A DNA stretch of 64,000 nt from an uncultured Chloroflexia bacterium (GCA_963776925.1 CAVZON010000007.1:141158-205157), one strand, 5' to 3'. Shown: positions 31,383 to 44,691, counted from the first letter of the stretch. Translations and numbers: made by a program. Notes: generated by a model not told the origin, from the sequence alone.

Positions 31383-34300
31383 ATGGACGTGGTCGTCTGC
31401 CCCAGCTGCCGGGAGGAGAACCCGGCAAAGTTCCGGCTGTGCGGGTTCTGCGGAACCTCTCTCGCACCAGCCGAGACCGTCGCCTGCCCGTCATGCGGTG
31501 AGGAGAACCCCGGTCGATTCCGGTTGTGCGGGTTCTGCGGGACCACGCTCCAGGCCGGCGCCGCTCCCCCACCGCCGGCCCCGGCGCCTGCCGTCCCGAC
31601 CCAGCTCGGGGCGTCCGAGGTGCGCAAGCCGGCGACGTTCATCTTCGTCGACCTCAAGGGCTCGACCGCGCTGACCGAGCGCATCGACCAGGAGGCGATG
31701 AGCGAGATCAAGCGGCGCTACTTCACGGTCATGGCCGCCCAGATCGAGCGTCACGGCGGGACGATCGAGAAGTACATCGGCGACGCGATCATGGCCGTGT
31801 TCGGGATCCCGCGAGCGCACGAGGACGACGCGCTGCGGGCCGTCCGGGCGGCCCACGGGATGCAGCAGGAGCTGGCCGGGCTCAACGAGGACTTCCAGCG
31901 CTTCTACGGCGTCGAGCTGGCCAACCGGACCGGCGTGAACACCGGCGAGGTGGTGGCCAATACCGATCCGACCGCCAACCAGCAGCTGGCCACGGGCGAC
32001 ACGGTCAACGTCGCGGCGAGGTTGGAGCAGGCCGCGCCGGCCAACGAGATCCTCATCGGCGAGACGACCTACGACCTCGTTCGCGGGCACGTCGAGGTGG
32101 AGGAGGTCGAGCCGCTCGAGCTGAAGGGCAAGTCGGAGCGGGTACCGGCGTACCGGCTGATCCGCATCCGCGAGGCCACCGAGGAGCGCGGTGGAGACCG
32201 TCAAGGCGGCGCCGCTCGTCGGGCGGCAGGCCGAGTGGACGACACTCGCAGGACGCGCTCGACACGGTCGTCGCAGAGCAGCGCACGGGGCTCGCGACCG
32301 TCGTCGGCGATCCGGGCGTCGGCAAGACGCGCCTGGTGAAGGACTTCACGGCGGCCCAGGCCAAGACCGCGCGGATCGTGCACGGCCGCTGTCCGCCGTA
32401 CGGCGACGGCATCACCTTCTGGCCGCTCGCGGAGGTCGTCCGGGAGGCTGCCGGCATCACCGACGAGGACAACCCTGAGCACCGCCCGCGGGAAGCTGGA
32501 CGCGATCCTCGAGCCGGCCGGCGCCGATGGCACGGCCATCGCTGACCGCGTCGCGTCGGCGATCGGGCTGTCCGTCACCCCGTTCCCCGTCGCGCGAGCT
32601 GTTCTGGGGCGGGCGCCGTCTGCTGGAGACGCTGGCCACGGACCGGCCCGTCGTCGTCGTCGTCGATGACCTGCACTGGGCCCAGCCGACGTTCCTCGAG
32701 TTCCTGCGGCACATGGTCGACACGTCCACGAGTGCGTCGATCCTCATGCTGTGCACCGCCCGCCACACGCTTCTCGAGCGGCACGTGGACTGGACCGAAC
32801 GTCCGATCGGGCCGATGCTCTTGCTGGAGCCACTGACCGCCGAGGAGTCCGGCGGGCTGGTCGACCACCTCCTCGGGTCGAGCGGGCTGGACGCGGTCGT
32901 CCGCGACAAGGTCGTCGCCGCCGCCGACGGCAACCCCCTGTTCGTGGAGCAGATGGTCTCGATGCTCGTCGACAAGGGCCTGCTCCGCCGGGTGGGCGAC
33001 ACCTGGGCGCCGGCGGAGCAGATCGTCGACCTCGCGGTCCCGCCGACCATCCAGGCCCTCCTCGCGTCGCGGCTCGACGACCTGTCCCGGGAGGAGCGCG
33101 CCGTCGTGGAGCCGGCATCCGTCATCGGGCTGGTGTTCTTCGAACCGGCGATCGAGGAGATGGTCCCGCAGCTGGCGAAGGATGGCGTGGTCCTCCAGCT
33201 GGACTCCCTCGACGCCAAGCAGTTCGTGGCCCGCGACCAGGCCGACCCCGAGGAGGAGACCTATCGCTTCCGCCACGGGCTGATCCGCGAGGCCACGTAC
33301 GGCAGCCTGCTCAAGCGGACCAGGGCGGTGCTCCACGAGCGCTTCGTGACGTGGGCCGAGCGCGTCAACCGCGAGCGCGGCCGGGAGCAGGAGTTCGAAG
33401 AGATCCTGGGTTTCCACCTCGAGCAGTCGTACCGCTACCGGACCGAGCTCGGTCCGCTCGACGATGCGGGGCGGGAGCTCGCGCGCCGGGCATCCGCCAA
33501 GCTTGGCTCGGCCGGGCATCGCGCCTTCCTGCGCGGCGACCTGCCCGCGGCCAGCAACCTCCTGCGGCGCGCGGCGGCGGTGCTGCCGCCGGGCGACATC
33601 GGGCGGCTCGAGCTGCAGGCCGATGCGATCGGCGCGCTGTCCGAGTCGGGCGAGTTCGAGGAGGTTCGGCGGCTCATCGACGAATCGCTGGCGGACGAAT
33701 CGGTCGCCATCGACGCACGGGGCGCTGCCCGGGTACGCCTTGCCGCCATCGACTCGGACCTGTTCGGGATGGACGAATCGATGTCGCTCGACAAGGCCAT
33801 GGAAGCGATCGACACCCTGCTCCAGGAGATGGTCGCCTCGGGCGACCACGGCGGGATCGCCCGCGCGTGGCGGACGCTGATGGTCATCCATGGCACGGCC
33901 GGGCGGATCGATGCCTGGACGACGGCCGCGGAGGCCGCAGTCCGCCACGCGGACCTCGCTCACGACGACCGCATCGCTGGCCGCGGCGTGATGGGCTATG
34001 TCTCGAGCGCCGTCCATGGCCCGCGGCCGGTCGACGAGGTCCTCCCGCGCTGCGAGGCCTACCTCGACCGCGTCCATGGCGATCGGACGTCCGAGGCGAC
34101 GGTCAAGGCGGCGATGGCCCAGCTGTATGCGATGGCCGGCGACCGCGAGCGTGCTCGGGAACTGGCTCGTGAGTACCGGACGACGCTGCTCCAGCTTGGG
34201 CCCAGCGTCAGTGGTGCGTCGACGTCGCTCGAGACCTCACGCATCGACCTGCTGGCCGATGACGCGGAGTCGGCCGAACGCGACCTTCGTCGCGACTTCG

Positions 34301-34740
34301 ATGACCTCGGTCTCCTCGGTGAGCGCTACTTCCGGTCGACCATCGGCGCGATGCTGGCGCGTGTCCTCGCCATCCGTGGCGACGCGGAGGGGGCCATCCA
34401 GCTCGCCACCGAGGTCGCCGAGCTGGCCGACCCGGAGGATCAGGTCACCCAGATCATCTGGCGACTGGCGAAGGCTCGCGGCCTGAGCCGGCGTGGGGAT
34501 GCCGGCCCGGCGATCGAACTCGCTGATGAGGGTGTCGGGATCGCCGTGGACACGCCGGAGTACGTCGTCTTCCTGGCCGACGCCTACCTCGATCTGGGCG
34601 ACATCCACGCCGACCTCGGCGATCGCGAACGGGCGACCGCTGCCTGGGCGCGGGCGCTGGAGCTCGCCACCGCCAAGGGCGATGTCGGGTCCGCGGCCGG
34701 GCTGCGGGAGCGACTCGACGCGGTCCCGGCACCCGGCTGA
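31383..34740 (+). CDS. double zinc-ribbon / class III adenylate-guanylate cyclase / P-loop STAND ATPase / TPR-like protein; about 4 frame breaks
   Basis: Two CPxC...CGFCG ribbons: VCPSCREENPAKFRLCGFCG and ACPSCGEENPGRFRLCGFCG. Cyclase core: ATFIFVDLKGSTALTERI, GGTIEKYIGDAIMAVFG, NRTGVNTGEVV, GDTVNVAARLEQ. P-loop: VVGDPGVGKTRL; VVVVVDDLHWAQPTFLEFL. Long helical-repeat C-terminus. No HTH at the end. Confidence 0.85.
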
Positions 34741-34751
34741 CGGAGACGCGT

Positions 34752-34779
34752 CGACGGCGGACCCGAAGGTCCGCCGTCG
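34752..34779. terminator. bidirectional stem-loop between convergent genes
   Basis: CGACGGCGGACC-CGAA-GGTCCGCCGTCG: perfect 12-bp stem, 4-nt loop, no clear U-tract. Confidence 0.55.
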
Positions 34780-34819
34780 TGTAGAGCGCGAAGGGGATAT
34801 GCCGTGGATCAGCCGCGGA

Positions 34820-35969
34820 TCACTTGCCGCGGACGACCCCGTTCTCGGGGAACCGGACGGTGAACGTCCAGGTCTCGCCGTCGTAGATCGACGCCGTCCA
34901 GCAGTCGGTCGTCTTCTGGGCGGTGCATTCGGACTTCTTCGAGGTGTCGATGGTCACGGTCTTGGTCGCACCGACGTGGACGATGCCGGCCTTGTTGATG
35001 TTGAAGCCGGCCGGAAGGGTGTTCCAGACCAGCGTCACCTCGATATAGCCGTTCACCTTGGTGCCGTCATTGACCGAGATCTCGAAGGCATCGCCGAAGC
35101 AGGTGGTGGCGCTACCGCAGGCAGTGGTCGTGTCGGCGGCGCCCAGCTCCACGAGAAGCGCCTTGACGACGGCGTTCTTGTTCGTCGCGCCGACCGGCAC
35201 GATCAGGTCGATGGCCTGGTCGCAGCCCGTGCCGAGGAACCCGGTCGTGTCGAGCTGCTTGGCGAGTCCGGCAGGGAGGTAGCCCTGCAGGCCACCACAG
35301 CCGGGTTCGAGGATGTCGACGACACCTTCGGCCGCGAAGGTATCGAGGTTCGCGGCGCCACCGTTGTCGTTGGCGTTCTCGGCGACCTTGACGGTCGCCT
35401 TGAGGTCCAGCACGTCGGCCGTCCCCGCGGTCAGCAGCAGCGTGATCGTGAAGGACTTGCCCTTGGCGAGCGATCCGACGTCGCAACTGACGGGTCCGCT
35501 CGTCGGCTGCTGGCAGGTCTTGGCTCGGGGAGGTCGAGACGACCGTCAGGCTCGACCCGTCCGTGAACGCGACCGGGAACTCCGGGATCGTCGGGGGCGT
35601 GGTGTAGGACTCGTCGACCATCGGCAGTCCGTCGAGCCCGACCTTGAACTGCACGTTGTTGATCGTCTGCTGTCCGCCGTTCTTGACCGAGACGACGAGC
35701 AGGGACTGCTCACCTTCGCTGACCGGCGTGGTCGTCAGGACGCCGTTGTCGATCGCGGCACCATTCAACGAGCCGATCGTGATGAGCCGGGTGTCCGCGG
35801 CGAAGGCTGGCACGGCTCCGGCCAGGAGCAACGCCCCGGTCAGGAGGGTGGCCAACAGGCCGACCCCGGTGCGGTGGGTACGGGCTTGCACGGATGTGTC
35901 CCCTTCCAAGTCGACGCCATCGGCGTCATGCGCGCTCTGCGCGAGCCTGGCTCGCGGCTGCTTAGACAT
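34820..35969 (-). CDS. secreted hypothetical protein; 1 frame break near 35520
   Basis: Signal peptide GVGLLATLLTGALLLAGAVPAFA-AD. Beta-rich, Cys-containing mature part (SLLVVSVKNGGQQTINNVQFKV, GKSFTITLLLTAG, ECTAQKTTDCW). Less GC-rich than the neighbours. No family assigned. Confidence 0.6.
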
Positions 35970-36166
35970 TCGATCGGCCTTCGACTGGCCCCTCGGTCCT
36001 GGGACGAAAGTACCGATCAGCCGAGCGTGCGGTAGGCCCGAGTCGATGTCAAGTCACCTTGCTGACAGGCTCGGGTTCCGCTCTGATACTGGTGCATTGT
36101 CGCACCGGAATGTGCGGTCCGGTGCGGTCCGGACCCCGGTTCGAGGGCCGGAGGATATCCCAGCGC

Positions 36167-36704
36167 TCAGGAACGTGGGACGGGACGCATCGGGTAGACA
36201 CCGACGACGATCGGCGTGCGGGGGTCGAGCGACAGCTCGTAGCCGATCTCGCCGCCCCGCAGCAGGTCGCCCAGAAGGGTCCCCTCCCGCTGCGGCAGAC
36301 CGACGTAGATGGCTCCGCCGCCGTCCATCGAGACCTGGGTGACGTCGTCGTCCTGGCCGTCGATCCCGAACCGTCGACGTAGCTCGTGCATCGGCACGTA
36401 TGGGCGGCTCTTGATGAACCGGCGCAACTGCGGTGCGGTGCAACCGTTGCCGGTGAGCTGGCCGCCGTTGGCGTGCACCGGCGGGCCCAGGCGCGACCGG
36501 TGGGGCCGGTGGGACCAACGCCGCCGGAGCACCGCCACCGCCGTTCACGTGGGACGCGGCAGCCTGCGCCGGGGGCACGGTCGGCTCGGACGGTCGGGCG
36601 TCGACCGAGGTGGGGCGCGGCGCCCCAGGGTCGACGGCCGCCGGCGGCGCGCCTTCGGGGCGTGGCCGTCCGTGGTGGCGCGATCGGCCGTGTCGCCGGC
36701 TCAT
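36167..36704 (-). CDS. hypothetical protein with Pro/Ala-rich N-terminus; 1 frame break, start tentative
   Basis: The C-terminal 90 aa are well-behaved coding sequence (APQLRRFIKSRPYVPMHELRRRFGIDG...GEIGYELSLDPRTPIVVGVYPM). The N-terminal MSRRHGRSRHHGRPRPEG... is in another frame. Confidence 0.4.
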
Positions 36705-36828
36705 CGGCTGCGTGAAGCGACGGTCAACCGTCGCTGGATGGTGGGCATTCGGTATCCGTGGATCGGTCCGCTCCGCGGTCGCGAGGCGTCCGGCGATGAT
36801 ACCGCAGCCCGGTCGGAGACCCCGCGGG

Positions 36829-37976
36829 TCAGCCGTCGACGATGTACAGCTCGCGCGGCGCCCCGTTGAGGACCGACCGGCCCGTCCGGGCCGCACACGA
36901 CGATGTCCTCGATGCGGGCGCCGTACTCGCCGGGGAAGTAGATGCCCGGCTCCACGCTGAAGGCCATGCCCTCCGCGAGCGGCAGGTCGTTGCCCGCGAC
37001 GAGGTACGGGTCCTCGTGGCCCTCCAGGCCGATGCCGTGCCCGGTCCGGTGGAAGAACGCCTCGCCGTAGCCCTCGGCGTCGATCGGCGCCCGCGCCGCC
37101 GCGTCGATCGCCTCGCAGGCGATGCCGGGGCGGACCGCGGCCGTGCCCGCGGCCTGGGCGTTGTACAGGACGTTGAACAGGTGCCGGAAGCGCTCGTCCG
37201 GCCCGTTGGCCGGATCGCCACCGGTCACCCACAGGGTCCGGGTGATGTCGGACCCGTAGCCGCCGAGGGTCCCGCCGATGTCGAGCACGATCGGCTCGCC
37301 GGCCTGGATCACCCGGTCCGACGCTTCGTGGTGGGGTGATGCGGAGTTCGGCCCGGAGCCGACGATCGCGAAGTGCGCCTCTTCGTGGCCTTCGGCGATG
37401 AGCTGCTCACGGACCTCACGCGGCGACGTCCGCCTCCGTCCGCCCGATGAGCCGCCCGGCTGCGATCCGGGCCACGACGCGATCGGCGGCCTCCGCGGCC
37501 AGCCGGAGGAGCGTGATCTCGTCGGCGTCCTTGACCATGCGCAGGGAGCGCAGGACGCCGGACGCCAGCTCGAACGGGGTGCCCGGCCCGAGCGCCGCCT
37601 GCAACCGCAGCACGTGCATCGCCAGCATCGTGTCGCTCACGGCCACGCGATCCGCGCCGGACAGGCCGGCCGTGGCCAGGGCGTACGGATCGTCGGTCTC
37701 GTCCCAGGTCGCGATCCGCACCGCGGTCCGAAGTCCGGCCTCGGCCGCACCACGCTCCAGGCGCGGCACGACGATGACCGGCGCCTCGGCGGGCCGGACG
37801 ACCAGCAGCGTCAGCCGCTCGAGCGGCATGGCCTCGTAGCCGGTCAGGTAACGCAGGTCGGAACCGACCCCGATGAGCAGGGCGGACACGCCCGCTGCCG
37901 CGGCTGCCTCGCTGGCGGCCGTCAGACGCGCGGCGTAGCGCTCGGCCGCGACGACCGGACGTGCGGCGACGGTCAT
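36829..37976 (-). CDS. M24B Xaa-Pro aminopeptidase/dipeptidase; about 3 frame breaks
   Basis: SDLRYLTGYEAMPLERL, VKDADEITLLRLAAEAAD, PIVLDIGGTLGGYGSDITRT, FFHRTGHGIGLEGHEDP, MAFSVEPGIYFPGEYGARIEDIVV. ATG overlaps the upstream stop (ATGA 37973-37976). Confidence 0.85.
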
Positions 37977-38338
37977 CCTGCCGGCACCGGACGGCCCAGC
38001 CATGCGGCCACGGTCGCCGGTCCGTCCTCGAACAGCTTGCGGTAGGCGAGCACCTTGTCGGCACCACGGGCGAGCGCCTGCTTGCGCTGCTCGACGTCGT
38101 CGTGCTGGCCGACGGCCAGGACCCGGGCCCCGGCGGCGACCGCCCGCTCGATGGCGACCAGCGGGTCGTACGCCGGAGCCGTCAGGTCGACGATCGCGTC
38201 GTCGGCGGAGACGAGGGCCGCGTCGAGCTCGGGAACGGTCCCGGCCCGAACCGGTTCGGCCCCCGCTGCCTCGATCGAGCGGGCGAGCCGGTCCTGCCAG
38301 ATGAGGTCCTGGGCCAGGACGGCGACACGGGTCGTCAT
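37973..38338 (-). CDS. small CheY-like (receiver-fold) protein, tentative
   Basis: MTTRVAVLAQD, DAIVDLTAP, ARVLAVGQH, ADKVLAYRK: alternating beta/alpha pattern with Asp at the expected position. Intact, 121 aa. Confidence 0.4.
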   Translation of the reverse strand: MTTRVAVLAQDLIWQDRLARSIEAAGAEPVRAGTVPELDAALVSADDAIVDLTAPAYDPLVAIERAVAAGARVLAVGQHDDVEQRKQALARGADKVLAYRKLFEDGPATVAAWLGRPVPAG

Positions 38339-38342
38339 CGCG

Positions 38343-38846
38343 TCAGCCGAGCGTCCGCGCGACGTGCGCGAAGACGTCGCGGGCGCTGACCACGCCGGTC
38401 GGACGGCCGCCGTCGACGATCGGGATGTGGCGGAAGCCGCCGACCGCCATCTTGTGGATGGCCACGGCGATCGGATCGTCGTGGCGGAGCACGACCGGGT
38501 CATGGGTCATGACCTCGCCGACGGCGATCCCGTCGAGCGACCGGCCGGCGACCTTGAGCACGGCATCGCGGTCGGTGAAGATGCCGACGAGGCGCTCGCC
38601 ATCGAGGACGAGCACGCAGTCGGCCTCGGCGTCGTGCATCCGATCGATGGCCTCGGCGACCGGCGTGTCCCGCTCGGCGACGATCGGGGCGCGGCGCGCG
38701 CAACGCGTCGAGATGCTCGCCGAGGAGCTGGCCCTGGAAGCGTGATGGCCGGCTGCGGCGTGTCGTGACCGCCCAGGTCCGCGCCACAGTTGTCGCAGAC
38801 CTCGGCGCCGATCAGGTTGTCGAACGCGCAGACTCGGACAGATCAT
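38343..38846 (-). CDS. zinc-ribbon plus CBS-pair protein; about 2 frame breaks
   Basis: MICPS-CAFDNLIGAEVCDNCGADLGG (CxxC...CxxC), then CBS repeats: PVAEAIDRMHDAEADCVLVLDGERLVGIFTDRD and PIAVAIHKMAVGGFRHIPIVDGGRPTGVVSARD. Confidence 0.7.
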   Translation of the reverse strand: MICPSLRVRQPDRRRGLRQLWRGPGRSRHAAAGHHASRASSSASISTRCARRAPIVAERDTPVAEAIDRMHDAEADCVLVLDGERLVGIFTDRDAVLKVAGRSLDGIAVGEVMTHDPVVLRHDDPIAVAIHKMAVGGFRHIPIVDGGRPTGVVSARDVFAHVARTLG

Positions 38847-38871
38847 CCCGGCGCGCTCCCTCGGCTCGCGT

Positions 38872-39956
38872 CTATTCGACCGTCCAGGTCTCGCTGCCAA
38901 GCAAGGTCCGGGCGAGGTCGCCCTCCCCGGCTTGGCCACGGCGGCCGTCAGCTGGCCCTGGATGAGCGCATCGTGGGTCGGTCGCTGGACGCGCGCGCAG
39001 GACGCCCGACCGGGACCGGGAAGTCCGGCCAGAACATGCGCGACAGGATGAGCGCGAGGTACGGATCCGTCGGCGTGCTCGTCGTGGACCAGCAGGTCCG
39101 CCTCGGTGACGCCGTCCTGCCCGATGGTCACGACCTCGGGGTGCAGGCCCGTCAGGCGGATGCCCTTGTCGCGGTCCTTGCCGAAGATCATCGGCTTGCC
39201 GTGCTTGAGGACGAGCATGCGGTCCTCGCGGACCTCGCGATCGGTGAAGTCGCGCCAGGCGCCGTCGTTGAAGATGTTGCAGTTCTGGAGGACCTCGACG
39301 AACGCGGAGCCCTTGTGGCGGCCGGCCCGCTCGAGCGTGTCCTGGAGGTGCTCGGTGTGGGTGTCGACGCGTGCGCGCCACGAAGATCGCCTCGGCGCCG
39401 AGGGCGATGGTCAGCGGCATGATCGGCGTGTCGACGGTGCCCGATCGGGGTCGACTTGGTGCGCTTGCCGAACTCGGAGGTCGGCGAGGCCTGGCCCTTG
39501 GTCAGGCCGTAGATGCGGTTGTTGAACATCACGAGCGTTGATGTCGACGTTGCGGCGCATCGAGTGGATGACGTGGTTGCCGCCGATCGACAGCGCGTCA
39601 CCGTCGCCGGTGATGACCCAGACCATGAGGTCGGGGCGGGCCGCCTTGAGCCCGGTCGCCAGCGTCGGCGCGCGGCCGTGGATGGTGTGGAAGCCGTACG
39701 TGTTCATGTAGTACGGCAGCCGGCCGGAGCAGCCGATGCCGCTGATGAACACGATGTTCTCGCGTGGCGTAGCCGAAGTCGGGCATCACCTTCTGGGTCT
39801 GGGCGAGGATCGAGTAGTCGCCGCAGCCGGGGCACCAGCGGACCTCCTGGTCCGACACGAAGTCCTTGCGCGTCAGCGCGATGACCTGGGCGTTCTCGGG
39901 CTGACGGCGGGCTGCGGCGGGCACGGCGTCGCGCCGCTGGCCGTTCGTGTCGGTGG

Positions 39957-39960
<4 letters not shown>
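38872..39960 (-). CDS. korB: 2-oxoglutarate:ferredoxin oxidoreductase beta subunit; many frame breaks
   Basis: [114 protein letters not shown]. Confidence 0.85.
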
Positions 39961-41837
<1,877 letters not shown>

Positions 41838-41841
<4 letters not shown>

Positions 41842-42341
41842 GCGCCTTCCGGCTCCTTCATGCGCTGGTGCGGCCGAGGCGGCAGGTTGAGGAGCTCCTC
41901 GGGGAACGACTCGGCCAGGTACTTGATGATGTCGGTCTGGCGGACGACGCCGACCAGCCGACCCGTCTCGTCGACGACGGGGACGTTGCGGTAGCGACCG
42001 GTCTGCATCAGCTCGATCGCGTCGCGGATCGTCTCGTCGAGGTCCAGCGTCCGCGGGGCGGTCGTCATCAGGCGCGTCGACCGGCTGCGTCGAGGTCGAC
42101 GTCGCCGCCGACGATCCGGCCGAAGATGTCGCGCTCGGTCAGGACGCCGACCAGCTGGCCGTCGCGGGTCGCACACGAAGACCGAATCGCCCGTCCCGGT
42201 CCGCTGGATCGCGCGCAGGCAGTCGGCCACGCTGGTGCCCGGCGCGACGGTCACGGGCTGGCGGCGGCTGAGGACCCGCAGGCGCTCGTCGGTCAGGGAT
42301 GGGACGCGACGGGCGACCTCGCGTTCGGTGAGGTCGGTCAC
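41838..42341 (-). CDS. CBS-pair domain protein; about 2 frame breaks; probably leaderless
   Basis: [28 protein letters not shown] and [42 protein letters not shown] 42341 lies 7 nt downstream of TACACT. Confidence 0.7.
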
Positions 42342-42348
42342 GCACGAG

Positions 42349-42354
42349 AGTGTA
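42349..42354 (-). promoter_or_regulatory. -10-like TACACT placed 7 nt before the GTG start of the CBS/kor operon (leaderless geometry)
   Basis: Minus strand reads TACACT-ctcgtgc-GTG. Confidence 0.4.
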
Positions 42355-42401
42355 GTCCGTCCCCGCGCCGGGCGGTTGCGGGCTGGTAGCCTCGGGCGCT
42401 C

Positions 42402-43395
42402 ATGGATCGACGTCATGCCCTGGGTGTGGGCCTGGTCCTCGTGGCCGGCGCCAGCTTCGCCTCGGGCTCCATCTTCGCCACGCTGTCCTACGAGGCCGGT
42501 CTCGACTGGCTGACGCTCATGTGGTGGCGCTTCCTCATCGGCGCGGTGCTGGCCTGGCTGTGGGTGCTGGCCTCGCCGACGCGACGGGCGATCGTCCGCT
42601 CCATGCCGCGGCGGCAGGTCGCTCGTGGCGCTCGGTCTCGGGGCCGTCTACACGGGCAACGCGGGCACCTACTACGCGGGCATCGAGACGGTGCCGGCGG
42701 CGCTGGCCGGGGTCCTCGTGTACATCTACCCGGTCTTCGTCGCCCTGCTCTCGCTCCGCTTCGCGACGCGCCTGCCGGGTCGGCGACCGTGGATCGCGCT
42801 GGGTCTGGCGATCGTCGGCGTCGTGCTCGCGCTCGGCGGGATCGACCTGTCGTCGGGCGAGGTCCCGGTGGAGGGGCTGCTGCTCATCCTCGCCTCGGCC
42901 GCGATCTACTCGGTCTGGATCGTGCTCTCGGCCCGGCTGTCCGGGGAGCGGCGCGACCGGCTCGGCCAGGACGCCCCGTCGGGCGCCGCGCCGGCCAGCG
43001 ACGCCGCGGTGACCACGGCCCTGATGATGGCCGCCACGGCGACCGTGTTCGCGGTGATGTCCGTGGCCCTCGGGCGGTCGCTCGATCCGCGGTCCGTGCC
43101 GGGCGACGCGTGGCCGTACCTCCTCGGCATCGGCCTCGTCGCCTCGTTCCTGGCGATCCAGTCGCTCTACGCGGGGGCGCGGCGGGTCGGCGCGGCCCAG
43201 GCCGCCCTGATCTCGACGACCGAGCCGCTGTTCATCGTGATCCTGGCGTTCTTCGTGCTCGGCCAGACGCTGGCGCCGATCCAGCTGCTCGGTGCGGCGT
43301 GCATCCTGGTCGGCGTGGTGATCGCCCAGACGTCGCCGCGTCCCCGCGGTGCGCCGGAGCCGGCGACCCCACTCGAGGCCGAGGTCGAGGGCTAG
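42402..43395 (+). CDS. EamA/DMT family transporter; 1 frame break near 42620
   Basis: Ten-TM-like profile: GVGLVLVAGASFASGSIFA, AGVLVYIYPVFVALLS, AALISTTEPLFIVILAFFVLGQTL, GAACILVGVVIAQ. Confidence 0.8.
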
Positions 43396-43400
43396 CGCAG

Positions 43401-44160
43401 CTAGCGACCCGCCGCCGCGAGCATCGCGCGCGCCCCGGCGCTGACGTACGAGCCCTCGGAGCCGAGGCCGATGAAGCGGAACCCGAGCTCCAGGTGGCGA
43501 GGCAGCGCCGCGGCGTCGTAGATGAGGATGCCGGCCGCCTTGCCGTGGCGTTCGCACGCGGCGACGACCGTCTCCAGGGCCGCGAGGTAGCCCGGATCGT
43601 CGAACTGCCCGGGCACGCCCAGGCCGTGGGACAGGTCCGCCGGGCCGACGAACAGGACGTCGACCTCGTCCAGGCCGGCGATCTCGTCGGCATCCGCGAC
43701 GGTGCCCGGTGCCTCGATCTGGACGATCCCGACGATCCGCTCGTTGACGACGCGGGCGACGTCGGCATGCCCCAGCGCGCCCATCGACGCACCGCGCGTG
43801 CGCAGGGCGACGCCGCGCTGGCCGACCGGCGGATAGCGCAGGTAGCGGACCGCCTCGCGCACCTCGGCCGCCGACTGGAGCTGCGGCAGCATGATCCCGG
43901 CCGCCCCCAGGTCGAGGGCACGGCCGATGCGCAACCGCTCGGCCGATGGCGCCCGGACGAGGGCCGTCATCGGCGTCGCCGCAGCGGCGTACAGCAGCCC
44001 GAGCAGCGACGCCTCGGTCGCGGCGCCGTGCTCGAGGTCGAGCACGGTCCAGTCGAAGCCGGCCGCGCCGGTCAGCTCGACGGCGAGCGGGGAGTCCAGG
44101 TCGGAGAAGCAGCCGATGAGGGTCTCGCCGGCGCGGATGCGGGTCCTGCAGGTCGGTCAT
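43401..44160 (-). CDS. HpcH/HpaI aldolase family protein; 1 frame break at a GGG run (44141-44143)
   Basis: MTDLQD(R)IRAGETLIGCFSDLDSPLAVELTGAAGFDWTVLDLEHGA, IMLPQLQSAAEV, YPPVGQRG, IVQIEAPG, LFVGPADLSHGLG. Confidence 0.8.
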
Positions 44161-44269
44161 GCCCCGATGATGCCGTCTCGGCGACCTGCCGGTACGCGTC
44201 CGGCGGTCCGCGGCGGGATGGCGTAGCGTGCGCAGCCGTCAGCCGCTTGCGCTCGTCGCCACCCGCCGC

Positions 44270-44691
44270 TCAGGCGTGGTTGAAGGGCAGACCCTCGGGA
44301 ACCTGGTCCGGGCTGTCTGCTGTACGCCCGTTGGGCGATGGTCGCGCGCCGGAAGTAGGCCGATACGCGGCCGGCCACATCGGCCTCGATGCCCGTGCTC
44401 GGCCAGCGCGCGGTCGAACGCCGCGAGGCAGGCCTCGTCGAGGTCCTCGTGGACGCCGTTGCCAGCGTGGATCCGCTGGACGGACGACTCGTCCCCGTAG
44501 CCGGCCGTGTAGAGGGCAGGACCCCCGAGCGCCTCCGCCAGGTAGGCGGCCAGGCGCTCGTCGTGACCGGGGTGCAGCTCGCGATCGAACGGGTGCGCCG
44601 CGATGGGGTCGGCAAGGCACAGCTCGTGCCAGCGCCGGGTGAGCGCAAGGATCACGTCGAACCCGCCGACCGCCTCGTAGAGGCTTCCCAT
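44270..44691 (-). CDS. truncated (2-on-2, bacterial-type) globin; 2 frame breaks in the C-terminal third
   Basis: MGSLYEAVGGFDVILALTRRWHELCLADPIAAHPF, LAAYLAEALGGPALYT, SSVQRIHAGNGV, ACLAAFDRAL. Confidence 0.7.

Noticed and set aside
36138-36147. GGTTCGAGGG resembling a tRNA T-loop in the 200-bp gap at 35970-36166
   Set aside because: The flanks give only a 4-bp stem with an 8-nt loop. No complementary acceptor stem or anticodon arm can be drawn, so it is not a tRNA.
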